Source: a bacterium
Lineage (GTDB): Bacteria > BMS3Abin14
Assembly (NCBI GenBank): GCA_020349685.1
Contig: CP070698.1
Coordinates: 1,571,084-1,584,976, forward strand
Direction: 5' to 3'
Length of the DNA: 13,893 nt
Position numbers and translations under genes: made by a program. This document shows, in pieces, positions 1 to 10,308 of this stretch (position 1 is its first letter; each line of letters starts with the position of its first letter). The notes beneath the pieces were generated by a model. That model did no database searches, was not told where the DNA came from, and worked only from the letters and a program-made list of their open reading frames with translations.

Positions 1-58
1 AAGCTCTTTCAGGCTCAACGAAACAGGTCAAACTCTTCAACGGGATTTTGGGCTGTGT

Positions 59-159
59 TTTCTCATTCTCACCCGCTCTCCCGATCCGGGCCGGAGAAGG
101 GGGGACACCGGATCAATCCTTTTCTCTCCGTTTCTCCGCGTCACCGCGTCTGCGTGTCT
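59..159 (-). repeat. Degenerate 8-nt tandem repeat cluster immediately after the yidC stop
   Basis: The minus strand from 159 reads AGACACGC AGACGCGG TGACGCGG AGAAACGG AGAGAAAA GG. It is followed by a pyrimidine-rich block (TGTCCCCCCTTCTCCG) inside a 7-bp inverted repeat (GATCCGG 83-89 / CCGGATC 108-114), then further 8-mers CGGGAGAG CGGGTGAG. Confidence 0.7.
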
Positions 160-1857
160 TTACTTCTTTCTCTTGCCCTTCTTCCCCTTTCCGGGCTCCT
201 CGACTTCCACTTTTGCCGCCTCCTCCAATTTCAAGCGCTTGTTCATCCAGTACTGGTGTCCGATGGTAAGCACGTTGTTGACGGTCCAGTAGACGACCAG
301 GCCGGAGGGAAAGCTCAAGAACAGAGCGGTGAAGACGATGGGCATGAACATCATGAGCTGAGCCTGCCTGGGGTCTCCCGTGACTGGCGTCATCTTCTGC
401 TGCAGGACCATTGTGGCGCCCATGAAGATAGGTGTTATGTAAAAAGGATCCTTGGCCGAAAGGTCGGCTATCCAGAAATAGAAGGGGGCATGCCTGAGTT
501 CGATAGCACCCAGGAGGGCCCGATACAGGGCAAAGAAGACAGGGATCTGCACCAGTATGGGGAGGCACCCGCTGGCGGGGTTGACCTTGTTCTCCTGGTA
601 CAGCTTCATGATCTCCTGGTTGAGCTTGTCCCTGTCCTTCTTGTACCTGTCGCGCAGCGCGTTGATCTGGGGCTGGAGCCTGGACATCTTCTTCATGGAC
701 CGGTGGCTTATGGTGGAAAAAGGTATGAAGACAATCTTGATCAAAGCACTCAGGATTATAATGGCAAGGCCGTAGTTTCCAACATAACGGTAGAAAAAGT
801 TGAGCATGTCGAGAAGGGGCTTGGCGATAAAACCGAAGATCCCCAGTTCGATCGTCTTGACGAGGGATTGGGAAACCGCTTTTAAAGCGGCCATTTCCTT
901 GGGTCCAACGTAGGCTGCCGCGTCCAGAAAGGCCGTCGAGCCCGGAGCCAGCTGTACCTGTGAAAAGACCCCGACCTCCACCCTTCCATCCGATCCTTTG
1001 CGAGCCAGCGCACCGGTCGTTTCCTCAGAAGGCATGAGGGCGGCCACAAAGTACATGTCCTCCGAGGCGATCCAGGCAAAGGGTCCCTCGAACTCCACCG
1101 GTCCTTCCAGCTTGTTGGCCTTGATCTTATCGGGCCTGCCGTTCCCCGCATGGAACATGGCGCCCTGGTAACCGTACCGCGAGGCGCTGAACATGGATCC
1201 CTTGCTGCCTCCCTCGGGCGGCTCCAGGCCCGGGGCCCACTGCAGCGTGGTCCGCCCTCTCAACAGCTGGTCGGAACGGTTGTGCAGCGCGACAGAGCAA
1301 TCGATCTTGTACGTATCGGCAAAAAAGGTCAGGGTCTTGGCCATCTCAAGACCTTCCGCAGTTCGATACCTGAAGACGACCTCCCCGCTCTGCCCCTCCG
1401 CGAGGGAAAGGTCAGACCCCTCGACCTGGAAGAGGGCCTGGGAAAAACCAAGGGGTCCCCCTGCTCCGATGAATTCGGCTGCCAGGGGAAAGTCTCCCCC
1501 CTCTTGTACAACACGCACCATCTCCACCTGGGATTCCAGGTCTTTCAGTTCCTGCCTGTAACGGAGGAGCGTGAAGCTGCTTACGGCGGCGCCCCGGTTT
1601 GTGAGCCGGACCTGGTAGAGGGGCGTCGAGATGGTGACAGTCCTCTCCATCTCGGCGGCAAGGGGTTCAAGAGGTTCCAGGGGCGCGGCCCCAACCTCCG
1701 GAGCGGGCGAGATCTCCTCGGTGGGCGCAGGCGTGGTCTTTTCCGTCGCCTCCTCTACCGCCACGGGTGCGGGCGGAAGCATATAGCGCTGATACACGAA
1801 CAGAAAGGCGAAAGATATGATAAGCGCGATTAACAGCCTTTTTCCCTGGTCATCCAT
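160..1857 (-). CDS. yidC: Membrane protein insertase YidC (565 aa)
   Basis: N-terminal TM helix and large periplasmic domain. Conserved GNYGLAIIILS, QEIMKLYQENKVNPASGCLPILVQIPVFFALY, WIADLSAKDP and FPSGLVVYW motifs. SD AGAGGA upstream; canonical rpmH-rnpA-yidD-yidC order. Confidence 0.98.
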   Translation of the reverse strand: MDDQGKRLLIALIISFAFLFVYQRYMLPPAPVAVEEATEKTTPAPTEEISPAPEVGAAPLEPLEPLAAEMERTVTISTPLYQVRLTNRGAAVSSFTLLRYRQELKDLESQVEMVRVVQEGGDFPLAAEFIGAGGPLGFSQALFQVEGSDLSLAEGQSGEVVFRYRTAEGLEMAKTLTFFADTYKIDCSVALHNRSDQLLRGRTTLQWAPGLEPPEGGSKGSMFSASRYGYQGAMFHAGNGRPDKIKANKLEGPVEFEGPFAWIASEDMYFVAALMPSEETTGALARKGSDGRVEVGVFSQVQLAPGSTAFLDAAAYVGPKEMAALKAVSQSLVKTIELGIFGFIAKPLLDMLNFFYRYVGNYGLAIIILSALIKIVFIPFSTISHRSMKKMSRLQPQINALRDRYKKDRDKLNQEIMKLYQENKVNPASGCLPILVQIPVFFALYRALLGAIELRHAPFYFWIADLSAKDPFYITPIFMGATMVLQQKMTPVTGDPRQAQLMMFMPIVFTALFLSFPSGLVVYWTVNNVLTIGHQYWMNKRLKLEEAAKVEVEEPGKGKKGKRKK

Positions 1858-1883
1858 TATGGTCTTTCCTCTAATGTGTTAAT

Positions 1884-2171
1884 TCAGATTCTCAGCTTTA
1901 GATCCAGATGGTCCTCCGTCCCTTTGGAATCTGGAATTTGAAATCTGGGATTGTCTTTCGCACCCGGCACCGGATCGTAACCTCCCGGGTGGAAAGGGTG
2001 GCAGCGCAGGAGGCGCCAGGCGGCGAGGAGGGTTCCCTTCCAGGCGCCATGGGCTTCCACCGCCTGCTCTGCATAAGAGGAGCAGGTGGGTTCAAATCTG
2101 CAGGCCCCCGGCAGGGTCGGCGAGATCCAGCTGCGGTAGAGCCTTATGGGCGCAAGCACGAGTATCTTCAT
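1884..2171 (-). CDS. yidD: Membrane protein insertion efficiency factor YidD (95 aa, with C-terminal extension)
   Basis: Motifs CRFEPTCSSYA and RLLRCHPFHPGGYDPVP. The ATG overlaps the rnpA stop (ATGA 2171-2168). Confidence 0.96.
   Translation of the reverse strand: MKILVLAPIRLYRSWISPTLPGACRFEPTCSSYAEQAVEAHGAWKGTLLAAWRLLRCHPFHPGGYDPVPGAKDNPRFQIPDSKGTEDHLDLKLRI
1925..1952. repeat. 7-nt tandem repeat (4 copies) within the yidD 3' end
   Basis: The plus strand reads TGGAATC TGGAATT TGAAATC TGGGATT. An imperfect inverted partner lies at about 1881-1908. Confidence 0.75.
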
Positions 2172-2545
2172 CTGCCTCGGGATTCCTTTTTCAGGCCTGA
2201 TTTCCTCAATAGATCCCTGTACTCCGCCTCCATCTCCTGGAAAGAGGCATCGGACGCCTGCCTGGTCGCGATGACCACGATATCCTTGCCGGCCAGGGTG
2301 CTGCCGCGGTTAAGCCTCTGTAGCTCCCTGATGCGCCTTTTGATCCTGTTCCGGGTTACGGCGTTTCCTGTTTTCCGTGAGACTGTAATCCCGAACCGGG
2401 AGGCGGGCAGGTTGTTGTCCATGGAGAGAAGGATGAGATAGCGCCCCCCCGTTTTGCGTCCTGAGCGCTGGACTTTCCTGAAATCCCCTCGCTTGCGGAC
2501 ACGCATCGAGCGGGGAAAGGTCTGGGCTTGGCGATTTTCGATCAG
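2168..2545 (-). CDS. rnpA: Ribonuclease P protein component (start uncertain: CTG 2545 preferred; ATG 2506 or ATG 2737 possible)
   Basis: Motifs [38 protein letters not shown] (RNR motif) and DIVVIA. The CTG at 2545-2543 overlaps the rpmH stop (CTGA) with GAGG 8 nt upstream, giving 125 aa. Confidence 0.93.
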   Translation of the reverse strand: MIENRQAQTFPRSMRVRKRGDFRKVQRSGRKTGGRYLILLSMDNNLPASRFGITVSRKTGNAVTRNRIKRRIRELQRLNRGSTLAGKDIVVIATRQASDASFQEMEAEYRDLLRKSGLKKESRGR

Positions 2546-2676
2546 ACGGCCAGCCTCTTTCTGCCCTTGGCGCGCCTTCTCTTCAGTACCAGCCTTCCGC
2601 TCTTGGTTCGCATGCGGATCCTGAAACCGTGGGTTCTTTTTCTGGAGATGTTGCTTGGTTGAAAAGTCCTTTTCAA
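2542..2676 (-). CDS. rpmH: 50S ribosomal protein L34 (44 aa), absent from the ORF track
   Basis: Manual translation gives [47 protein letters not shown] start at 2676-2674 with SD AGGAGG 7 nt upstream; TGA stop at 2544-2542. Confidence 0.98.
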   Translation of the reverse strand: MKRTFQPSNISRKRTHGFRIRMRTKSGRLVLKRRRAKGRKRLAV

Positions 2677-2697
2677 GATCATTCCTCCTGATTCCAA

Positions 2698-2721
2698 TTC
2701 CCCGGAGGCGATCCCGGGGAA
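2698..2721 (-). promoter_or_regulatory. Stem-loop in the rpmH 5' leader
   Basis: Perfect 8-bp inverted repeat TTCCCCGG (2698-2705) / CCGGGGAA (2714-2721), just upstream of the rpmH SD. Function is inferred only. Confidence 0.4.
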
Positions 2722-2857
2722 CAGATTTCCTTTTCATGGACCGGTCCGGCCCTCTGTTTCTTTCCCCTGGGAGGGTCGAGCTGGCCGGACAGCTTCACGA
2801 TCAATGGCGCCCTCGGTTTTCAGGCGCCAGCTCAGGCGAAAAAATGTAGAACGTGCC

Positions 2858-2886
2858 TATATAACAGAACTAGTTGCAAGGCACAA
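2858..2886 (-). promoter_or_regulatory. Putative sigma70 promoter of the rpmH operon
   Basis: The minus strand reads TTGTGC-N17-TATATA with an extended TGn (TGtTATATA). Confidence 0.5.
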
Positions 2887-2993
2887 GGTTAAAGGAACCG
2901 GGATGGAAAACAGACCTCCCGGGACGCCTCCTGTTGCTGGATGGAGTTTCCTTCCCTTTTTGGCCGGGACCCGACCCTTTAACCTTTTTATCC

Positions 2994-3023
2994 TTGCCAC
3001 CTCCCTTTTGCTTCTGATATATC
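2994..3023 (+). promoter_or_regulatory. Putative sigma70 promoter of dnaA
   Basis: TTGCCA (2994-2999)-N18-TATATC (3018-3023) with an extended TGa. It shows the same TGnTATAT pattern as the divergent rpmH promoter. Confidence 0.5.
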
Positions 3024-3179
3024 ACAACCTTATCCTTATCCCTTCAGGGGGGGGAACAACCCGTCGAAAGGGCCGGATTTCAGCCGGCGAACGGAACCGT
3101 ACAGGATACATGGGAGAGCAGCCTCTCCACGTCAGAAAGCTTTGGTTAAGTTTCCGTTTTGCCGACACTTTCCTGAGTT

Positions 3180-3300
3180 GTTTCCACAAATCTACAGCAC
3201 AGGCAAATCCGGATTAAAACTGTTGCAGTTTAGCTCTGTAAGTATTTGTTTTTTAATGATAAAAAGGCTTTTCCACACCTGTGGAAAAGCCTGTGTGTAA
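3180..3300. promoter_or_regulatory. DnaA-box cluster upstream of dnaA (autoregulation / left part of oriC)
   Basis: GTTTCCACA 3180-3188, TTTTCCACA 3269-3277, reverse TTTTCCACA 3280-3288 and reverse TTACACACA 3292-3300, compared with consensus TTWTNCACA. AT-rich stretch at about 3240-3265. Confidence 0.8.
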
Positions 3301-3357
3301 ATCCCTACCCGCAAACAACAGGTTGTGGCGCTCCAAGATACCGGAAATTAAGACAAA

Positions 3358-4737
3358 ATGAAGGCAAAGCAGCTCTGGAAAAATATTCTGGCCTCCCTCG
3401 AGGAAGAAGTTAACCCCCAGATTTTCAACTCCTGGTTCGGCAATCTGACTCCGGCCGGTCTCGATGAAAAGGGGCTTCTCCTGGAGGCTCCTCACGCCTT
3501 CATAAGGGACTGGATCGAGGACAACTACATCTCCACGCTCGTCAGCACGGCCAAGGCCATCACCGGTCAGGACCTTTCCGTTCGCATCCGGGTCAACGAA
3601 TCTCTTGCCAAATCCCAGGAGCTGCCTGTTCCAGGTCCCCCTGACAAGGTCCCCCATCCCCCGGCATCCAGCCCGGCCTCCGGACTGCCGCAGACGACCA
3701 GCCCCTTCGCCCTCAACCCCAAATACACCTTTGACACCTTCGTGGTCGGCAGCAGCAACCAGTTCGCCCACGCGGCCGCCCTGGCTGTAGCGGAGCAGCC
3801 TGCGCGCTCCTATAACCCACTTTTCATCTACGGAGGCGTCGGTCTCGGAAAAACACATCTCATGCACGCCATCGGCCACCTTGCCGTGGATCAGAACCCG
3901 AAGGTTCGCCTGTGTTACCTTTCTTCGGAACAGTTCATGAACGAACTGATAAACAGCCTGCGCTTTGACAGGATGCCCCAGTTCAGGGAAACCTACCGGA
4001 ACATGGACATCCTCCTGGTAGACGATATCCAGTTCATCGCCGGAAAGGAAAGGACACAGGAGGAGTTTTTCCACACATTCAACTCCCTTTTCGATTCCCA
4101 CAAGCAGATCGTCGTATCGTCCGACAAGTTTCCCAGGGAGATCCCGGACCTTGAAGAGCGGCTGCGCTCCCGCTTCGAGTGGGGGCTCATCGCCGACATT
4201 CAGGCGCCGGACCTCGAGACGAAGATCGCCATCCTCGAAAAGAAAGCGGACCTTTCCGGCATCACGCTTCCCCAGGGGGTTGCTCTTTTCCTGGCTGAGA
4301 ACACAGGGTCGAACATTCGCGAGCTGGAAGGCTACCTTCAGCGCGTCACCGCTTTTGCCGCCTTTGCCAAGACCAAGACCATCAGTATCGACCTGGTTCA
4401 GGATGCGTTGAAAAATTTCCTGGAGCAGAAAAAAAAGGTCATCACCGTTGAGGAGATCCAGAGAAATGTGGCCTCCTTTTACAACACCAAGGTTTCCGAG
4501 ATCAAATCCAAGAAAAAAAACAAGGCCCTGATCAAACCCCGCCACACGGCGATGTACCTGACCCGCATGCTCACAAACCTCTCTCTCCCGGAGATCGGCC
4601 GCCACTTTGGAGGCCGCGATCACTCGACTGTCCTTCACGCCATCCAGAAGCTGGAGAACATCGCCGCGAACGACCCTGATTTCAGGGCCACCCTCGATCG
4701 CCTTATCCAGGAGCTGGAGCGGAACAATCACGGGTGA
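3358..4737 (+). CDS. dnaA: Chromosomal replication initiator DnaA (459 aa)
   Basis: LNPKYTFDTFVVG, Walker A GGVGLGKT, Walker B LLVDDIQF, RLRSRFEWGL, and domain IV SLPEIGRHFGGRDHSTVLHA. Confidence 0.99.
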   Translation: MKAKQLWKNILASLEEEVNPQIFNSWFGNLTPAGLDEKGLLLEAPHAFIRDWIEDNYISTLVSTAKAITGQDLSVRIRVNESLAKSQELPVPGPPDKVPHPPASSPASGLPQTTSPFALNPKYTFDTFVVGSSNQFAHAAALAVAEQPARSYNPLFIYGGVGLGKTHLMHAIGHLAVDQNPKVRLCYLSSEQFMNELINSLRFDRMPQFRETYRNMDILLVDDIQFIAGKERTQEEFFHTFNSLFDSHKQIVVSSDKFPREIPDLEERLRSRFEWGLIADIQAPDLETKIAILEKKADLSGITLPQGVALFLAENTGSNIRELEGYLQRVTAFAAFAKTKTISIDLVQDALKNFLEQKKKVITVEEIQRNVASFYNTKVSEIKSKKKNKALIKPRHTAMYLTRMLTNLSLPEIGRHFGGRDHSTVLHAIQKLENIAANDPDFRATLDRLIQELERNNHG

Positions 4738-4769
4738 GCGGCCTTACGGTCTCTTTCAGCTGAGGGCCT

Positions 4770-4989
4770 CTTTCCCCACCCCCTGTTTTCAACCCTGTTT
4801 AGAAACCTGTGGAATGGGGGATTGTTTTTTCCTCCTGTGGAAGGATGGGGCTTTTCCACCAATTCACCAACAGTACGCTCCACAGCGTTTCCCGACCTGG
4901 ATCAACACCTTATAGCGCTTTCCACGCAACCCCCAGGACCTACTGAACCTTCTTTTATCTATCTTTAATAAATATATAAAAGTGTTAAG
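4770..4989. other. Replication origin oriC (dnaA-dnaN part): DnaA boxes plus DNA unwinding element
   Basis: Box-like sites: reverse CATTCCACA 4808-4816, reverse CCTTCCACA 4836-4844, TTTTCCACC 4852-4860, CGCTCCACA 4876-4884 and CTTTCCACG 4918-4926. These are followed by GGACC-TACTGAACCTTCT and an AT-rich run TTTATCTATCTTTAATAAATATATAAAA (to about 4989). Gene orientation diverges just upstream of dnaA. Confidence 0.8.
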
Positions 4990-4991
4990 TG

Positions 4992-5021
4992 TTGCTTTGC
5001 GGTACGCCGTTCGTGTAAAAT
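4992..5021 (+). promoter_or_regulatory. Putative sigma70 promoter for dnaN-recF-gyrB-gyrA
   Basis: TTGCTT (4992-4997)-N18-TAAAAT (5016-5021), with AT-rich sequence upstream. Confidence 0.55.
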
Positions 5022-5194
5022 GAGTCGGTCAGGAACCATTCCCAATGAATTTTCTGGCCAAGGGGAAACCAGAAAACAGGTGCGGGTGTGTCTGCGTGAA
5101 CGGGAACCATGTGTCCTGGTAAATATCGGATGACCGGAACATCCTTGAAAATTAGCTGCCATCGGGCTGCGGCCCGGGAAGAGGAGGGTTGAAG

Positions 5195-6316
5195 GTGCTG
5201 ACCTTTTCAGTCAACAGGGAAAACTTCCTTCAGGGCCTGTCCCGTGTTCAGAACATCGTTGAGAGGAAGAACACGGTACCGATCCTGAGTAACGTTCTCA
5301 TTGATGGAACGGATGACAAGCTCAAAATGCTGGCCACGGACATGGAGGTCGGCATCAGCGGATATGTTGACGCTTCCGTCAAGAGTCAGGGGTCCATAAC
5401 GCTGTCGGCCAGAAAGCTGTTCGAGATCATCAAGGAACTTCCCCCGGAGTCGGTCGTAACCCTTCAGGTAAAGGGTGAAAATCTTTCGGAAATCACGTGT
5501 GGCAGCTCCTCCTTTGAGCTCAAGGGCCTTTCGGCACAGGATTATCCCAACCTTCCCGCTTATGACGAGGGCAGCTTTCTTACACTGAATGCGGATAATT
5601 TCAAAGACATGATCAAGAAAACCATCTATGCCGCCTCTACAGACGAGACGCGTTACAATCTCACAGGGGTTCTCTTCGAAATGGAGGAGAAGAACGGCGG
5701 CGGGATCCTGCGGCTGGTCGCCACGGACGGACACCGGCTGGCCCTCGTGGAGAAGAAAGCGGAGGGTAATATACGGCCGGGAGAAAGCGTCGTTATCCCG
5801 AGGAAGTCCCTTAATGAGGTAAGAAAGCTCCTGGATGAAGGAGATGACGAGACGGTGGAGGTGGATTTCCAGAAGCAGCACGGGGTCTTTAAAAAGGACT
5901 CCATCGTCCTGACCACGCGGCTTATTGACATGTCCTTTCCCAACTATCAGCAGGTCGTCCCTGAAGACAGGGCGTTTCTCGCCGAGATCGACAGGGAGGC
6001 CATGATCCATGCGATACGCCGTGTATCCCTTCTGTCTTCCGAACGCTCCCGGGCTGTGAAGTTCAGCTTTAATCAGAACGGAGTGACCATACACATCAAC
6101 AACCCCGACCTTGGAACGGCCACCGAGACGGTACCCATCAGCTATTCCGGGGACGAGGTCGAGGTTACTTTCAATGCGCGCTATATGCTCGACACCCTCA
6201 CGTCCATGGACTCAGAACACATCGAATTCGGCCTCAAGGATGAACTCAGCCCCTGTGTTATCTCCCAGAAAGGGGAGGAGGATTATTTAGCGGTCATCAT
6301 GCCTATGCGCATCTGA
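5195..6316 (+). CDS. dnaN: DNA polymerase III beta sliding clamp (373 aa from GTG 5195)
   Basis: Motifs PILSNVL, ATDMEV, DETRYNLTGV, VATDGHRLA, FNARY and C-terminal VIMPMRI. SD GAGGAGG 5181-5187 is 7 nt from GTG 5195 but only 1 nt from the track's TTG 5189. Confidence 0.98.
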   Translation: MLTFSVNRENFLQGLSRVQNIVERKNTVPILSNVLIDGTDDKLKMLATDMEVGISGYVDASVKSQGSITLSARKLFEIIKELPPESVVTLQVKGENLSEITCGSSSFELKGLSAQDYPNLPAYDEGSFLTLNADNFKDMIKKTIYAASTDETRYNLTGVLFEMEEKNGGGILRLVATDGHRLALVEKKAEGNIRPGESVVIPRKSLNEVRKLLDEGDDETVEVDFQKQHGVFKKDSIVLTTRLIDMSFPNYQQVVPEDRAFLAEIDREAMIHAIRRVSLLSSERSRAVKFSFNQNGVTIHINNPDLGTATETVPISYSGDEVEVTFNARYMLDTLTSMDSEHIEFGLKDELSPCVISQKGEEDYLAVIMPMRI

Positions 6317-6318
6317 TT

Positions 6319-7524
6319 ATGAGGTTGCAGTGGGTGGATCTGGAACACTTCCGGAACCTGGGTCGACAGAAGGTGCACTTGCACCCCCGCTACAACCTTT
6401 TACTGGGCCGGAACGGACAGGGGAAAACGAACTTCCTTGAAGCCGTGGGATACCTTGGGAGCCTTCGTTCTATCCGGGCAGCGGGCAGAGGCGAGATGAT
6501 CAGGCACGGAGAGAAGATGTGCCGCGTCTCTGGAAGCACCGCCTCGGTTGGGCTGGAGAGGGTCCTTGCCTTTGCCCTGACAGACAAGGGGCGCACTCAA
6601 TTCCTTGACGACAAAAAGGTCATCTCTCCGGAAGAGTACCTGCAGGCCCTGAAGGTCGTCCATTTCATACCCGAGGACGTGGGTCTCGTGAGCGGCACTC
6701 CCTCATGGCGGCGCAGGGTGATCGACCGCTCGGTTTTCGAGGTCACACCACAGTACGTGTCCGAGTACAGGAGATACCTTCTGGCCCTGCGCCAGAGAAA
6801 CGCCCTGCTCAGGAAGGGGAGGGCTTCCAAGGGCGAACTTGAGAGCTGGAACCACGCTGTCGCATCCAGTGGCGCCAGGCTGGTTCGGCGGAGGCGGCAG
6901 CTCATAGCCGGCCTGAATCCGATCATGGAGGGCCTGGGGGAGAGGCTCGGGATGGAAAGGGTTCCCGGCCTTACCTACATCGCTTCCCACGAGGGGGAGG
7001 CGCCTGCAGACAAGGCAGAGGGAACATCCGGTTCCGCTGACACCATGCCAGGGGAACACCTGGCGAGCGATACGGCCATAGAGGGGGGGCTTCTGGCCCG
7101 CCTGGCGAGCCTTGCGGAAAAGGAGATCAAAAGAGGGTACACCATGGCTGGGCCCCACAGGGATGACATTGTTTTTTACCAGAGGCGGGGCAGCGAGAAA
7201 ACGAATCTGGCCCGTTATGGATCGCAGGGCCAGAAAAGGGTAGCGGTGCTGGCTTTCAAGCTGGCCCTTGCCGCCCTCTTTAACAAGGCCAACGGGACCT
7301 GGCCGCTGGTCCTTCTCGACGACGTGGCTTCCGAGCTGGACGAGACGAGAAGGAGGGCCCTCGGAAAAATAATACGAGAAACACAGGCCCAGTTTTTTAT
7401 CACCACGACCGGCGAAGATTACATGTTTCTGCCGGCTGACGAAGGAAAGATCTTCCAGGTAAACAAGGGCTGGCTGGAGCCTTTCGAGGCCTCTGAAAGA
7501 TCCGGCAACGGGGATGGTCACTGA
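6319..7524 (+). CDS. recF: DNA replication/repair protein RecF (401 aa)
   Basis: FRNL, Walker A GRNGQGKTN, RQRNALL, GPHRDD, signature SQGQKR and Walker B LLDDVASELD. Starts 2 nt after the dnaN stop. Confidence 0.97.
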   Translation: MRLQWVDLEHFRNLGRQKVHLHPRYNLLLGRNGQGKTNFLEAVGYLGSLRSIRAAGRGEMIRHGEKMCRVSGSTASVGLERVLAFALTDKGRTQFLDDKKVISPEEYLQALKVVHFIPEDVGLVSGTPSWRRRVIDRSVFEVTPQYVSEYRRYLLALRQRNALLRKGRASKGELESWNHAVASSGARLVRRRRQLIAGLNPIMEGLGERLGMERVPGLTYIASHEGEAPADKAEGTSGSADTMPGEHLASDTAIEGGLLARLASLAEKEIKRGYTMAGPHRDDIVFYQRRGSEKTNLARYGSQGQKRVAVLAFKLALAALFNKANGTWPLVLLDDVASELDETRRRALGKIIRETQAQFFITTTGEDYMFLPADEGKIFQVNKGWLEPFEASERSGNGDGH

Positions 7525-10173
<2,649 letters not shown>

Positions 10174-10178
10174 TCCCC

Positions 10179-10252
10179 GGAGAGGGAGAGAGGGAGGGAG
10201 GGAGAAAAGGCTCAGATGATTGCTCCCCCACTCACCCCCTCGCCCGCCCCCC
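10179..10252. repeat. Inverted pair of 8-nt tandem repeats (homopurine tract / C-rich tract) in the gyrB-gyrA spacer
   Basis: GGAGAGGG AGAGAGGG AGGGAGGG AGAAAAGG (10179-10210, all purine), a 12-nt spacer, then CTCCCCCA CTCACCCC CTCGCCCG CCCCCC (10223-10252). Confidence 0.8.
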
Positions 10253-10308
10253 GATTCCTGAGTCGAGCGGATTTAATTAGCGCACTGGAGAATACAGCGA
10301 GACAATAA

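Noticed and set aside
1-66. Expected start of jag/eloR or mnmE downstream of yidC
   Set aside because: The ATG at 66 closes after 9 codons, and no recognisable N-terminus appears in the other frames.
2804-3217. 137-aa ORF in the rpmH-dnaA spacer (likewise 4607..4915 and 4965..5162 around oriC)
   Set aside because: They overlap promoters and DnaA boxes, have no family motifs and show atypical composition.
3195-3240. GCACAGGCAAA resembling the 5' end of a c-di-GMP-I (GEMM) riboswitch
   Set aside because: The GAAA-capped stem and the downstream GACGCAAAG element are absent. An Rfam/Infernal search would settle it.
4429-4520. A8 runs in dnaA as phase-variation or frameshift sites
   Set aside because: They encode Lys runs in an intact essential frame, and no alternative-frame product is evident.
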